Source: Candidatus Moraniibacteriota bacterium
Lineage (GTDB): Bacteria > Patescibacteriota > Minisyncoccia > Moranbacterales > UBA1568
Assembly (NCBI GenBank): GCA_903859375.1
Contig: CAIOMK010000022.1
Coordinates: 1-44,740, forward strand
Direction: 5' to 3'
Length of the DNA: 44,740 nucleotides
Notes under the pieces: model-generated
What the model saw: the letters and a program-made list of their open reading frames with translations, nothing else
The model's database searches: none
Told to the model about the DNA's origin: nothing
Position numbers and translations under genes: made by a program
In this document: piece by piece, positions 1-9,016 of the stretch
Numbering within the stretch: position 1 is the stretch's first letter
Layout of the letters: every line of letters starts with the position of its first letter

Positions 1-147
1 CAGCATCGGAAAATCCCCTCTCAAAGCCACGAAATATTCGATTTTCCGTTTTCAGCGATCGCGTCAATTCGATGACGGCACGACCTCGCGATAGTTCAGG
101 TTGCAGTCGGTACGGGTGCCGGGCCCGGTACAGTCGACCGCCTTGCC
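1..147. repeat. Direct repeat copy 1 (3' end of the surface-protein gene plus downstream DNA), running off the window edge
   Basis: Matches 3102-3245 apart from 4 substitutions and a 3-bp indel. Confidence 0.95.
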
Positions 148-2904
148 ACACATGTTTCTGAGTCTCCATGACATCTCGCTCTGGCAGTGAAGTGCTTTGG
201 ATGCTTCGCAGGTATTGGTGCAAGAAGCACTGCAGTTCGCCTGACTCCCTCCATACGGTCCGACACAGGTCCAGGTCCAGTCGGGTTCGCCATAAGTGGA
301 ACCAGTAGCTACCTGATTGGTGACCGTATTCCCTGGAGCACAAAGCGCCATTGTCCATGGTGATGCGTTCTGATCCGTACTTTTGTCCGGAGTGGCACAC
401 GTGCCGGGGATAGCCACGAGAACCGTGACCGTCTGGGCAGGAGCCGTGCCACCAGCACCGGAACAAGAGAGGGTGTAGTTCATATCGGTTGTCGGTGAAA
501 TATCCAAAAAGCCGGAGGATCCCCGAGTGCCGGACCATCCACCGGAGGCGGTACAAGTGACGCCGTATCCGGTCGTGGACCAGTAGAGCGTGGTGGAAGG
601 AGACTCAGGATTTACGGTAGTCAAAGGAGAAACGAGGAACGACAGCGTAGTTGGGTCGTACGAAGCAATCGTGCTGATAGTAATGAACCGTGCGAGCGAA
701 CCGCCGTCACCGGAGCAGGTGAGGGTATAGGTCGTAGTGGCAGAAGGAGAAACGGCGAGCGATCCGGTCAGCGCCTTGGCTCCCGACCAACCGTTCGAAG
801 CGGTGCAGGAAACGTTGGTACCGGATGCGGACCATGTGAGGGTTGCCGGAGACACAATGACACCGTTGTTCCATGCGACTGCATTCTTGTCGGTCGTGAA
901 TGAGACGGATGGTGCCACGACACATATTCCTGTATTGCATGACTGGGATGTGGAACCGGAACAGGTTGCTCCACCACCGGACGGAGTCGGATTGGTACAG
1001 GTGCGGGTCTGGGTTCCTCCTCCACAGGTGACGGAGCAGGAGCTCCAACCGGACCACCCGCCATTGATAACAGGGACGGGATTGACGGTGACATTGATGT
1101 ACGCGGTACTGGTCGACAGCTCTCTATGACCATTCGGGAGTGTTCCAGTTAATAGGATTCGAACAACCGTCGGGGACGAAACGGTCGGCGCGATAAGTGT
1201 ACCGGAGCCATGTCCAGAACCGCGATTTGTTGAAAACACGGAAACGCTTCCCGAATATGGGCTCGTAAACGAAGCTGTTAACGTACTGTTGATAGAACTT
1301 GGTCCACCTACTACCGTAAAACCACTACCTATTATTATTCCGCGGAACTCTGAGCTTCCGGTTATTGTAATCGGATTTCCCGATGTATATGAAGTCGCAT
1401 TCGAATTCGCGGCGAAATGAAAAGTTACTGTTGCATTGTTTCTGCGAACTATACACGTACCCCACGGCATACACTGGGACGTATTATACGTAAACGAATA
1501 TGGCATGTTCCAACTCACCGCCTCCGCCTTCTGCACCGACAAAAATGACCCAAGCATGATGAGCGGGAAGAGGAACAGACCGATGCGGTTCTTGCCAGCA
1601 CCACGTTTCAAGACGAATTTCCACACAATGAGTCCGAGGCTGATGACAAAGAGAACCGAGACGATGACGAAGAGGAGTGCCTTGGATGTCAGGCCCGTTG
1701 ATTGGTCCGCGGTCTCGGTGACGGGAACCGTGGAAGCAACTTCCTTCGGAGTCGTCACATCCCCTTCAATCGTGCGGGTATCGAGAATATTCCCGTCTTT
1801 GTCGGTGAGGGTGATGGTGGCTGAAGCGTCAGGACAGGCCGTCGTGGTCTGGGCCGAGAGTATCGTCTTGATATCGGTCGCCGAGGTCGACTGAGTCAGA
1901 GGAGCGATGCAGGCAATACCCGTGGAATCCGCGACTGAGAGGGTCGCAGTGACGGTGTCGATTTTCGCGCCTTCTCCGGTGCGTGATCCGGGGAACGTAT
2001 CAGCCGACGGGGTCCAGAAGAGGGTGGCGCTCAGGGTCTCGCCTTGGGCATAGGTTCCCTTGTCGAGGGAGACGGTTTGGATAGTGGCGCTCGCCCCTTG
2101 AATGACATAGTGAGCAGTGATGGTCGCGGAGACCGGGGCCGTGTCTTGTTTCAAGACGACGGTGAAGTCATAGGCCTGGGGAGTGGAGGCCTTGGGGATG
2201 GTGATACTGATATCCTTCTTCTCTTTCGGGGCGAAAGTGATGGGGGTCTTGGCCGGGTAGTCGAGTTTCACTGAGGGGCCATAGACGGTACGACGGAAGG
2301 TGTCGAAAAAGGGAGTGACCGTGAGTGGAGTGGTCGAGGTATTCTCGGCCGGACAAATCAAAGTCAGCTCCTCGTCTTTGGAAACGTCGACACCCTGGTC
2401 GAGGGTGTAGTCCCTGCCGGCAACGGAGAGGTGGCAGGTGCTTGGATTGATGGCGATATGATTTCCTGATCCCGTGAAGGTGACCTTGCCCGGATTGGCG
2501 AGGCCAAGCATGAGTCCGCCAGTGGTCTTGGCGATGACCCAGAGGTCATAGGAGCCGGAAAGAAAAGCTGGAGCTGTATAGATGACGTCACGATGGAGGG
2601 AGCCATTCGCGGAAACAGTCGCTGTTTCGGTCGCGATGAAAGAATCGACGGTTTCCTGTGTCTGGGTGGTGGTTTTGATGATCTCGATGCCGTATCGGAT
2701 ATCGGGCTGTGGGATGGCGCTCCGGTTCTCGATATCAAGGCCGATGGTGACGGTATTCCCCTCCTGGGAGATCGTCGCATTGGACAAATTGATATCGGCG
2801 AGGATGGTTCCCTCGGTCGGCTGTGGATCCGGCACGGTCTGGGCGGAAGAGATCGTCGGAGAGAAGAAGAGTACAAAGAATGAAAGAAGGAGGGCGCGGC
2901 GCAT
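64..2904 (-). CDS. Large cell-surface protein: signal peptide, Ig-like domains, two TM helices, thrombospondin type-1 repeat, two Ig/PKD-like repeats, Cys-rich C-terminus
   Basis: Long ORF (listed from 2928; ATG at 2904, [10 protein letters not shown]...SSA, gives a signal peptide). Thr/Ser-rich beta domains, [25 protein letters not shown]1 motif [25 protein letters not shown], two W-S...CTASxGWSG...YTLxCSG repeats. Confidence 0.85.
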   Translation of the reverse strand: MRRALLLSFFVLFFSPTISSAQTVPDPQPTEGTILADINLSNATISQEGNTVTIGLDIENRSAIPQPDIRYGIEIIKTTTQTQETVDSFIATETATVSANGSLHRDVIYTAPAFLSGSYDLWVIAKTTGGLMLGLANPGKVTFTGSGNHIAINPSTCHLSVAGRDYTLDQGVDVSKDEELTLICPAENTSTTPLTVTPFFDTFRRTVYGPSVKLDYPAKTPITFAPKEKKDISITIPKASTPQAYDFTVVLKQDTAPVSATITAHYVIQGASATIQTVSLDKGTYAQGETLSATLFWTPSADTFPGSRTGEGAKIDTVTATLSVADSTGIACIAPLTQSTSATDIKTILSAQTTTACPDASATITLTDKDGNILDTRTIEGDVTTPKEVASTVPVTETADQSTGLTSKALLFVIVSVLFVISLGLIVWKFVLKRGAGKNRIGLFLFPLIMLGSFLSVQKAEAVSWNMPYSFTYNTSQCMPWGTCIVRRNNATVTFHFAANSNATSYTSGNPITITGSSEFRGIIIGSGFTVVGGPSSINSTLTASFTSPYSGSVSVFSTNRGSGHGSGTLIAPTVSSPTVVRILLTGTLPNGHRELSTSTAYINVTVNPVPVINGGWSGWSSCSVTCGGGTQTRTCTNPTPSGGGATCSGSTSQSCNTGICVVAPSVSFTTDKNAVAWNNGVIVSPATLTWSASGTNVSCTASNGWSGAKALTGSLAVSPSATTTYTLTCSGDGGSLARFITISTIASYDPTTLSFLVSPLTTVNPESPSTTLYWSTTGYGVTCTASGGWSGTRGSSGFLDISPTTDMNYTLSCSGAGGTAPAQTVTVLVAIPGTCATPDKSTDQNASPWTMALCAPGNTVTNQVATGSTYGEPDWTWTCVGPYGGSQANCSASCTNTCEASKALHCQSEMSWRLRNMCGKAVDCTGPGTRTDCNLNYREVVPSSN

Positions 2905-3101
2905 AGGATTCGATTTTATGTTTGTCAACGATTGACTTCGGAAACCGTCCCGTCTCCTCGCATCAGGTACGAATCGGCTTGGAGCACGGAGTCACAGCAA
3001 GAGGAGCGTGAGGAATTGCCTGACAGGGTGGGGAAACACGCCAGCCGGAATCGTACAATTTTGGTCGGGTCCGCATACCGGTATGATTCAAAATTGAAGT
3101 T

Positions 3102-3245
3102 CAGCATCGGAAAATCCCCTCTCAAAGCCACGAAATATTCGATTTTCCGTTTTCAGCAATCACATCAATTCGACGGCGCGACCTCGCGATAGTTCAGGTT
3201 GCAGTCGGTACGGGTGCCGGGCCCGGTACAGTCGACCGCCTTGCC
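3102..3245. repeat. Direct repeat copy 2
   Basis: cagcatcggaaaatcccc...gtcgaccgccttgcc, near-identical to 1-147. Confidence 0.95.
3165..3245 (-). pseudogene. Orphan 3' fragment of a surface-protein paralogue ([26 protein letters not shown])
   Basis: 26 codons plus TGA matching the C-terminus of the 64-2904 protein. An in-frame TAA lies 8 codons upstream with no start codon between. Confidence 0.8.
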
Positions 3246-3359
3246 GGATAGAAAAGGTCGGGTTCCTTATACACGTATTTTCTCCAAAGATGACACGCTC
3301 CTTTTGAAAACAAACATGTGACGCATACTCGTTTGTATTATGGTTCGTAGCGAAAAATA

Positions 3360-4106
3360 CTATTGCTTCTCACCTTTTCGAAAAGACCAAAGCAAGATGA
3401 TACTGACGCTCAGAATAAACAATATCGAGATGATGACAACGGCGGTGGTCTTGAGGTCTGTCTGGGCAGTTGGATGATTCATATCGAAAGCCCGAACGGG
3501 CGCGGCCGTCTCGACGATCGGTGCCGAACCGTCCCCGATGACGATTATTTTCGGCTCGTTGACGGTCCACGACCCAAGAGAAATACCGTTCCAGTCGGAA
3601 AAGGTGGCCGATACGGAAGGCTGAATGCAGTCGGCGGTCGTGGTGAGATGGAATATCGGATTAAGATCCGAGATGGGGAACGTCGTCGCAAGCGGTTCGG
3701 CACAGGCGACTCCTTTGGAATCGGTAAGTCCGAGATTCAAGGAAAACTTCGGGGTATCGGCGGCTTCACGATGGGAATCCGCATATCCCTTGGCCAGAGG
3801 TGAGTTCAGGGAAAGAGAGACCGCTATGACATCGCCCGCCACAGGGCCGGCCTTGTTAATCGAGACAGCGAGAGAATCGATGCCGATGACGGTACCGGGG
3901 GTCTCGATCGCCGCCGCCGAAAGGTATGCGCGGTACTCGACGCGCTGGGCATCGGTCAGCTTGGCGACGTCGGCTCCGGACGTGATACTGTCGAAGAAAG
4001 CCGGCTTCGGGGTCACTGCGAAAGAGACTCCTGGGAAAAGGAGCAGGCTCGCAAAAAGCGAGGCGATGACGACACGATGCATATTGTTTTGTTTTACACT
4101 GAACAA
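3360..4106 (-). CDS. Exported single-Ig-like-domain membrane protein, paralogous to part of the 64-2904 protein
   Basis: Signal peptide (..PGVSFA) and C-terminal TM. LTDSKGVAC.EP..TTTADC..SATFSDWNG aligns with [26 protein letters not shown]. Start may be a later Met. Confidence 0.8.
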   Translation of the reverse strand: MFSVKQNNMHRVVIASLFASLLLFPGVSFAVTPKPAFFDSITSGADVAKLTDAQRVEYRAYLSAAAIETPGTVIGIDSLAVSINKAGPVAGDVIAVSLSLNSPLAKGYADSHREAADTPKFSLNLGLTDSKGVACAEPLATTFPISDLNPIFHLTTTADCIQPSVSATFSDWNGISLGSWTVNEPKIIVIGDGSAPIVETAAPVRAFDMNHPTAQTDLKTTAVVIISILFILSVSIILLWSFRKGEKQ

Positions 4107-4263
4107 CCAAACGTTTCGTATGTGATAAATATATCAAAAATATGGAAACTTGAGAAGAGATTATCCCAAAATAAAGTCATCCCGCATGGCCGTATACGAC
4201 TTTTTCGATTTGTAAAAGATAAAAAAACACATCCGATACGGTAATGGTTCCGTTTAACGCAAT

Positions 4264-4299
4264 AAAAAAGAACGGGCGACATTCAGAGTCAGCCCGTTC
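4264..4299 (-). terminator. Intrinsic terminator
   Basis: gaacgggc...gcccgttc stem followed by a U-run on the minus strand. Confidence 0.6.
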
Positions 4300-4334
4300 A
4301 GTATTCTTGTTTCATATATCGAAACGCACCCATC

Positions 4335-4778
4335 TCACCTCCCGATTGATCTGTGAAACCATCGCGCCAACGGGGAACGGTTTACATCAGCGGTCATACC
4401 GAGACAGCGTCTAAAGTCCGAAAGTGGCAGGTTCACCATGAGGGTATATTCGACCCGCGTATCAGGAATGATACTCACAGAAAGATTGAACTCTCCGATG
4501 GTGTTGTCCCATTTGCATGACTCGATACCGAACAGTACGTCATGTGACGAGAGGTAGAGGATACGCTTCATATCCCCGCGTATGCTACGGATCAAGATAT
4601 CTTTCGTATACCAATCCAAAAACGCATCCAGATTTCCCATCTGGCTCACCTTTTTCCATTTCCCAAGATGCAGGATATGGAGATCTGGGTCTCCCAGGGA
4701 GCCAAGAAAACTGGTAAGCGGACCATCATCATATAAGGATGAGGAACCGATGGTCGACATTTTCAATGATTTCATCAT
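4335..4778 (-). CDS. Hypothetical protein (AT-richer orphan)
   Basis: ORF with GGAGG before the ATG at 4778 and a downstream terminator. No recognisable motif. Confidence 0.5.
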   Translation of the reverse strand: MMKSLKMSTIGSSSLYDDGPLTSFLGSLGDPDLHILHLGKWKKVSQMGNLDAFLDWYTKDILIRSIRGDMKRILYLSSHDVLFGIESCKWDNTIGEFNLSVSIIPDTRVEYTLMVNLPLSDFRRCLGMTADVNRSPLARWFHRSIGR

Positions 4779-4906
4779 ACTTCCATCCCTCCTCGAGATG
4801 TGTGATATGTGTGGTTTGAAATTATTAAGGAAAAGACACCTGATTGATATCACGATTCCACGATTCCGTCGAGTAGACAGAGGGAAAATGCCTCTATGGT
4901 ACGGAA

Positions 4907-6796
4907 TTATTTCTTTAAGATGGACAAAAATGCCTCGGATGGGATAGACACGCGCCCGATGGATTCCATGCGCTTTTTCCCCTTCTTCTGCTTCTCGAGG
5001 AGTTTTTTCTTGCGTGAAAAGTCGCCACCGTACAGCTTGGCAGTCACGTCTTTTCGGAACGCCGAGATGGTCGCCCGGGCGATCACCTTGCCACCGATAG
5101 TCGCCTGGATGGACACGGCGAAGTTCTGACGAGGAATGGAATCTTTGAGCTTCTCAGTCGTCCGCTTCCCTTCGTCGAAGGCGCGCTCCCGTGGGATCAT
5201 CCGCGAAAATGCGTCGATACGGTCCCCCGCGACCAATATGTCGAGCTTGACCACATCGCTTGCGCGATAGCCGATCGGTTCATAGTTCATCGAAGCATAT
5301 CCGGCCGTCGCACTTTTGAGTTCATCATGGAAATTGACGATCACGTCCATAAGGGGCGCGTGGAAGACAAGCAGTACGCGCTCGGCATCGATGTATTCGG
5401 TATTCTTGTACTCCGCCCGGATAGACTGTGACAGGTTCATGACATTGCCGAGGTATTCGCTCGGAACGACAACCGAAAGTTCGACATAGGGTTCGAAAAT
5501 CTTCTCGATGACGGCGGGGTCCGGCATATCGACCGGTGAGTACATCGGGACACGTGCACCGCTACGGAGCTGAAGTTCATACACGACCGACGGTGTCGTG
5601 ATGGTCGGTTCCATACCGAATTCACGACGAAGACGCTCCTGGATTATTTCCATGTGAAGCAGACCGAGGAATCCGCATCGGAATCCGCGACCAAGTGCCT
5701 GATTGGACTCCGGTTCAAATACGAAGGCGGCGTCATTGAGACGGAGCTTGTCGAGCCCGTCACGCATCAGGCCGTATTCATCCCCTTCCACGGGATAGAA
5801 ACTCGCATAAACGACCGGCTTCATCTCGTGATACCCCGGAAGAGCTTCCACTTTGACGGTCTCACGTTCACGGGGACGGAGCGTGACCGTATCACCGACA
5901 CGACAGTAGGCCACTTCTTTGAGCCCGGTCGCGATATATCCGATATCACCGGCTGAGAGCTCCTTGCCGGCGACGAAGTGCGGATGGAACGTGCCGACTT
6001 CGATCGCGAGACTTTCCTGTCCCGTTCCGATCATGTGCAGTGCGGTATCGCGCGATACCGTACCATCGACAAGCCGGACATAGGCTACCACCCCTTTGTA
6101 CGTATCGTAAACGGAATCGAAAATCAACGCGCGAAGAGGCTTCTCGGCGTCGCCACTCGGCGCCGGAACCTTCTCGACAACCCGATCGAGGATCTCACGC
6201 ACGCCAAGACCAGTCTTGCCCGACGCGAGCAGGATATCGTCTTCTTTGCATCCGAGAATATGGACTATTTCTTTTTTGGTCTTGTCCACCTGCGCGTTCG
6301 GCAAGTCTATCTTGTTCACGACCGGGATGATCTCGAGTCCCTGTTCGATAGCGAGGTACAGGTTCGCCAATGTCTGTGCCTGCACACCCTTGGTCGCATC
6401 GACAAGCAAAACCGCGCCCTCGACCGCCGCCAATGATCGTGACACCTCGTAATGAAAATCCACGTGTCCGGGCGTGTCGATCAGATTCAGGATATAATCG
6501 GTATCGGACTGACTCTCTTGTATGCCAGGCTGGCCGCTCTCCGAGGTTTTCGCTCCCGCCACAATTCCCGCTTCCGTTGTCTGCTGACTGTTCTGCTTGC
6601 GGTACCGCATCCGGACCGGCTGAAGTTTGATTGTGATGCCTCGCTCCCGTTCGAGATCCATCTGATCAAGGAGTTGTTCCTTCATTTTGCGATCCTCGAC
6701 GGTGTGCGTGTATTCTATAAGACGATCGGCCAGGGTGCTTTTCCCGTGGTCGATATGAGCGATGATACAAAAATTGCGGATAAGTCTCAGATCCAT
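4907..6796 (-). CDS. lepA: Elongation factor 4 (LepA), with a ~25-aa insertion in the G domain
   Basis: IRNFCIIAHIDHGKSTLADR, DTPGHVDF, NKID, GFLGLLH, RKDVTAKLYGGD. Confidence 0.98.
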   Translation of the reverse strand: MDLRLIRNFCIIAHIDHGKSTLADRLIEYTHTVEDRKMKEQLLDQMDLERERGITIKLQPVRMRYRKQNSQQTTEAGIVAGAKTSESGQPGIQESQSDTDYILNLIDTPGHVDFHYEVSRSLAAVEGAVLLVDATKGVQAQTLANLYLAIEQGLEIIPVVNKIDLPNAQVDKTKKEIVHILGCKEDDILLASGKTGLGVREILDRVVEKVPAPSGDAEKPLRALIFDSVYDTYKGVVAYVRLVDGTVSRDTALHMIGTGQESLAIEVGTFHPHFVAGKELSAGDIGYIATGLKEVAYCRVGDTVTLRPRERETVKVEALPGYHEMKPVVYASFYPVEGDEYGLMRDGLDKLRLNDAAFVFEPESNQALGRGFRCGFLGLLHMEIIQERLRREFGMEPTITTPSVVYELQLRSGARVPMYSPVDMPDPAVIEKIFEPYVELSVVVPSEYLGNVMNLSQSIRAEYKNTEYIDAERVLLVFHAPLMDVIVNFHDELKSATAGYASMNYEPIGYRASDVVKLDILVAGDRIDAFSRMIPRERAFDEGKRTTEKLKDSIPRQNFAVSIQATIGGKVIARATISAFRKDVTAKLYGGDFSRKKKLLEKQKKGKKRMESIGRVSIPSEAFLSILKK

Positions 6797-7022
6797 AGGC
6801 TGACTGTACTGACAAAACGATATGAAAACCGCTACGAAAAGCTAGAATACCCGAAAATAAACAATAAATCAAGGCTTTCGAACCCTCCTGAACCATTCTA
6901 CAGGATTTCCATCGTTCCTTCCATCACCGACTTTGAAAGTTTTTGGCCAGACTACACCGCCACATCTCCGTGAACCGAAATGACACCGGTACGGTTTCGT
7001 TCACCGGGAGGCTACGACCGAC

Positions 7023-7060
7023 AAAAAAACACCTGGGAAATCCCGAGTGCTTTTTTCTTT
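7023..7060. terminator. Probable bidirectional intrinsic terminator downstream of murJ
   Basis: A-run, imperfect cacctggga/tcccgagtg stem, T-run. Confidence 0.55.
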
Positions 7061-7166
7061 TTGTTTCAAAAATCGAAATTCCACATCCTACCGGTTCCAG
7101 TTCACAATTACCGATTGTCGGTTCCTGAGTCCCGTTTCCCCTTCCCCTGACTTTCGACACTATGAA

Positions 7167-7238
7167 CCCCGTACAGTCGCAGGGCGATCACGGGGCATGC
7201 CTCATGGGCTCCGTAAAGCCGTGCAACACGGCCTCGGG
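7167..7238. repeat. Two tandem REP-like hairpins (CCCCGTA-inner stem-CACGGGG type)
   Basis: ccccgtacag-tcgc..gcga-tcacgggg-catgc and ctccgtaaa-gccgtg..cacggc-ctcgggg. A related copy lies at 26643-26679. Confidence 0.55.
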
Positions 7239-7278
7239 GTACACTGTATAAACCATCCACTCTCAGTATCCCGTTCTC

Positions 7279-7330
7279 ATTCACAATTCGTATTTCGTCT
7301 TTCGCATTCCGCACTTCGACATTCGCAATA
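7279..7330. repeat. Degenerate heptamer tandem repeat just after the murJ stop
   Basis: attcaca attcgta tttcgtc tttcgca ttccgca cttcgac attcgca. Confidence 0.65.
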
Positions 7331-7336
7331 CTCCGC

Positions 7337-9016
7337 CTACCATTCCCCCTTCTCCGGATGTCCCTCGACACTCGAGATGGCTTCCGGTGTACGGAGTACC
7401 TTGGCAAAAATGAATCGTCGCATCGAATGGTATTCCTCTATGCGGAACCAGTGACAAAGAAGAAGGAAGGTCCCGAGACCGAGTGCGCTTCCGAAGGAAA
7501 GTTGGAGAAACACCTTGACGAACGTATCGAGCGGTGACATCGCGAAAAAAGCAAAGACGGATTTCGACAACTGGGCGACGACGCCGGCAAGAATGGCCGC
7601 GAGAAAGATAAGGGCGTTCTCACGAAAAAATATGCCGTCATTCCAACCGACGACCTTCTTCCGAAGCGCGAGGAGCAGGAAAATAAAGTTCGCGATACTC
7701 CCAAGGGAAAAAGCGATTGCGAGTGCGTTCGTGCCGTGCCGGGGCAGAAGCGCTATGACCGCCACGACATAGATGACCTCGGCGATAAGTGCGAACAGAA
7801 GGGGTGTTTTGGTGTCCTGAAGCGCATAGAAGGCACGCGCGAAAAGAGGGATGAGTCCTTGTGCGAACAGACTCACCGAAAGCCAGGCGAGGACACCGAA
7901 CGTCGAGATCGTGTCGTTCCAATCGAACTGCCCGCTTCCCAGGATCACACGGACGACCTGCGCCCTATAGACGATGAAGAGCATCGAGATCGGTACGACG
8001 AAAAAGAGAATCCGCTTCGTCGTCCGGTACAGCGTGTCGAAAAAATCACCGTTCCGTTTCTCTGAGGCGGAAAATGAGAGCGTCGGAAACGCCGCGAGCG
8101 AGAACGACACCGCAAACAGTCCGATTGGAATCGCCTGGATATTGGAAGCGAGTGTGAATATCGCGAGACTCCCCGATACGAGAAAAGAAGCGAATACGGT
8201 CGTCAGGAACAGACTCATCTGATTTGCCGCGATGCCGAGCGTCCGAGGAATCATCAGGGTCACGACCCGACGGACCGCCCCGTCAAACGTGAGCGGGTGA
8301 CGGAACAGCGATGGGAAGAATCCCCTGCTCCTCACCGATGGAATCTGCACAATCATATGGAGAAGCGCCCCGAGAGCGACGCCCCATGCCAATCCGGACA
8401 TTCCGAACATCGGTACCATGAAGAGGATGCCTATGATGATGCCGATATTGTAGAGAATCGGTGCAAGCGAGTAGGCGGTGAAACACCGGAACGAAAGCAG
8501 CATCCCCCCGAAGACGGCGCTTGCTCCGAGTAGGAGCGGGGAAAGAAGCATGATCCGTGTCAGTTCGACGGTCATCATCCGTTTCTCTTCCGAAAACCCC
8601 GGCGTCAGGACAGAGACGATGAACGGTGCGAATATGATGGCGAGGATCGAACATCCGCCCAGAAGAAGCAGCATCCATTCCAGTACGCCGGCCGCGAGAT
8701 CGAGTGCCTCCTTTTTCTTTTTCTTTGATATGAATTCCGTAAAAACCGGAACGAACGCGGCGGAAAGCGCTCCCATCACGAGGAGATTGTACAGCGTGTC
8801 GGGAATACGGAATGCCGCATAATAGGCGTCGAGCGTATCGCCCGCACCGAAATGACCCGCAAGCAACCGGTCACGGAGAAACCCGAGTATCCGACTGGCT
8901 ATACCCGCAGAGGCGATGATGAACGCCGCGCCACCAATCGTTTTCGATTGGGAATCCGCGAAGCGTCCGAGTAAGGCCGTTTTTTGTTTCAACATCGTCA
9001 TCATACGCTTCATCAT
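7337..9016 (-). CDS. murJ: Lipid II flippase MurJ (MviN)
   Basis: SRILGFLRDRLLA..FGAG..DAYYAAFRIPD, many TM helices, RAFYALQDTKTP. ATGA overlap with the upstream gene. Confidence 0.95.
   Translation of the reverse strand: MMKRMMTMLKQKTALLGRFADSQSKTIGGAAFIIASAGIASRILGFLRDRLLAGHFGAGDTLDAYYAAFRIPDTLYNLLVMGALSAAFVPVFTEFISKKKKKEALDLAAGVLEWMLLLLGGCSILAIIFAPFIVSVLTPGFSEEKRMMTVELTRIMLLSPLLLGASAVFGGMLLSFRCFTAYSLAPILYNIGIIIGILFMVPMFGMSGLAWGVALGALLHMIVQIPSVRSRGFFPSLFRHPLTFDGAVRRVVTLMIPRTLGIAANQMSLFLTTVFASFLVSGSLAIFTLASNIQAIPIGLFAVSFSLAAFPTLSFSASEKRNGDFFDTLYRTTKRILFFVVPISMLFIVYRAQVVRVILGSGQFDWNDTISTFGVLAWLSVSLFAQGLIPLFARAFYALQDTKTPLLFALIAEVIYVVAVIALLPRHGTNALAIAFSLGSIANFIFLLLALRKKVVGWNDGIFFRENALIFLAAILAGVVAQLSKSVFAFFAMSPLDTFVKVFLQLSFGSALGLGTFLLLCHWFRIEEYHSMRRFIFAKVLRTPEAISSVEGHPEKGEW

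Noticed and set aside
2929-3101. Riboswitch or ncRNA, or the 68/86-aa ORFs, upstream of the surface gene
   Set aside because: No recognisable aptamer consensus or coding signature by eye.
1-3245. DGR template/variable repeat pair
   Set aside because: Only 4 substitutions, not adenine-specific on the coding strand, plus an indel. The repeat extends well into non-coding DNA and no RT or Avd gene is in the window.
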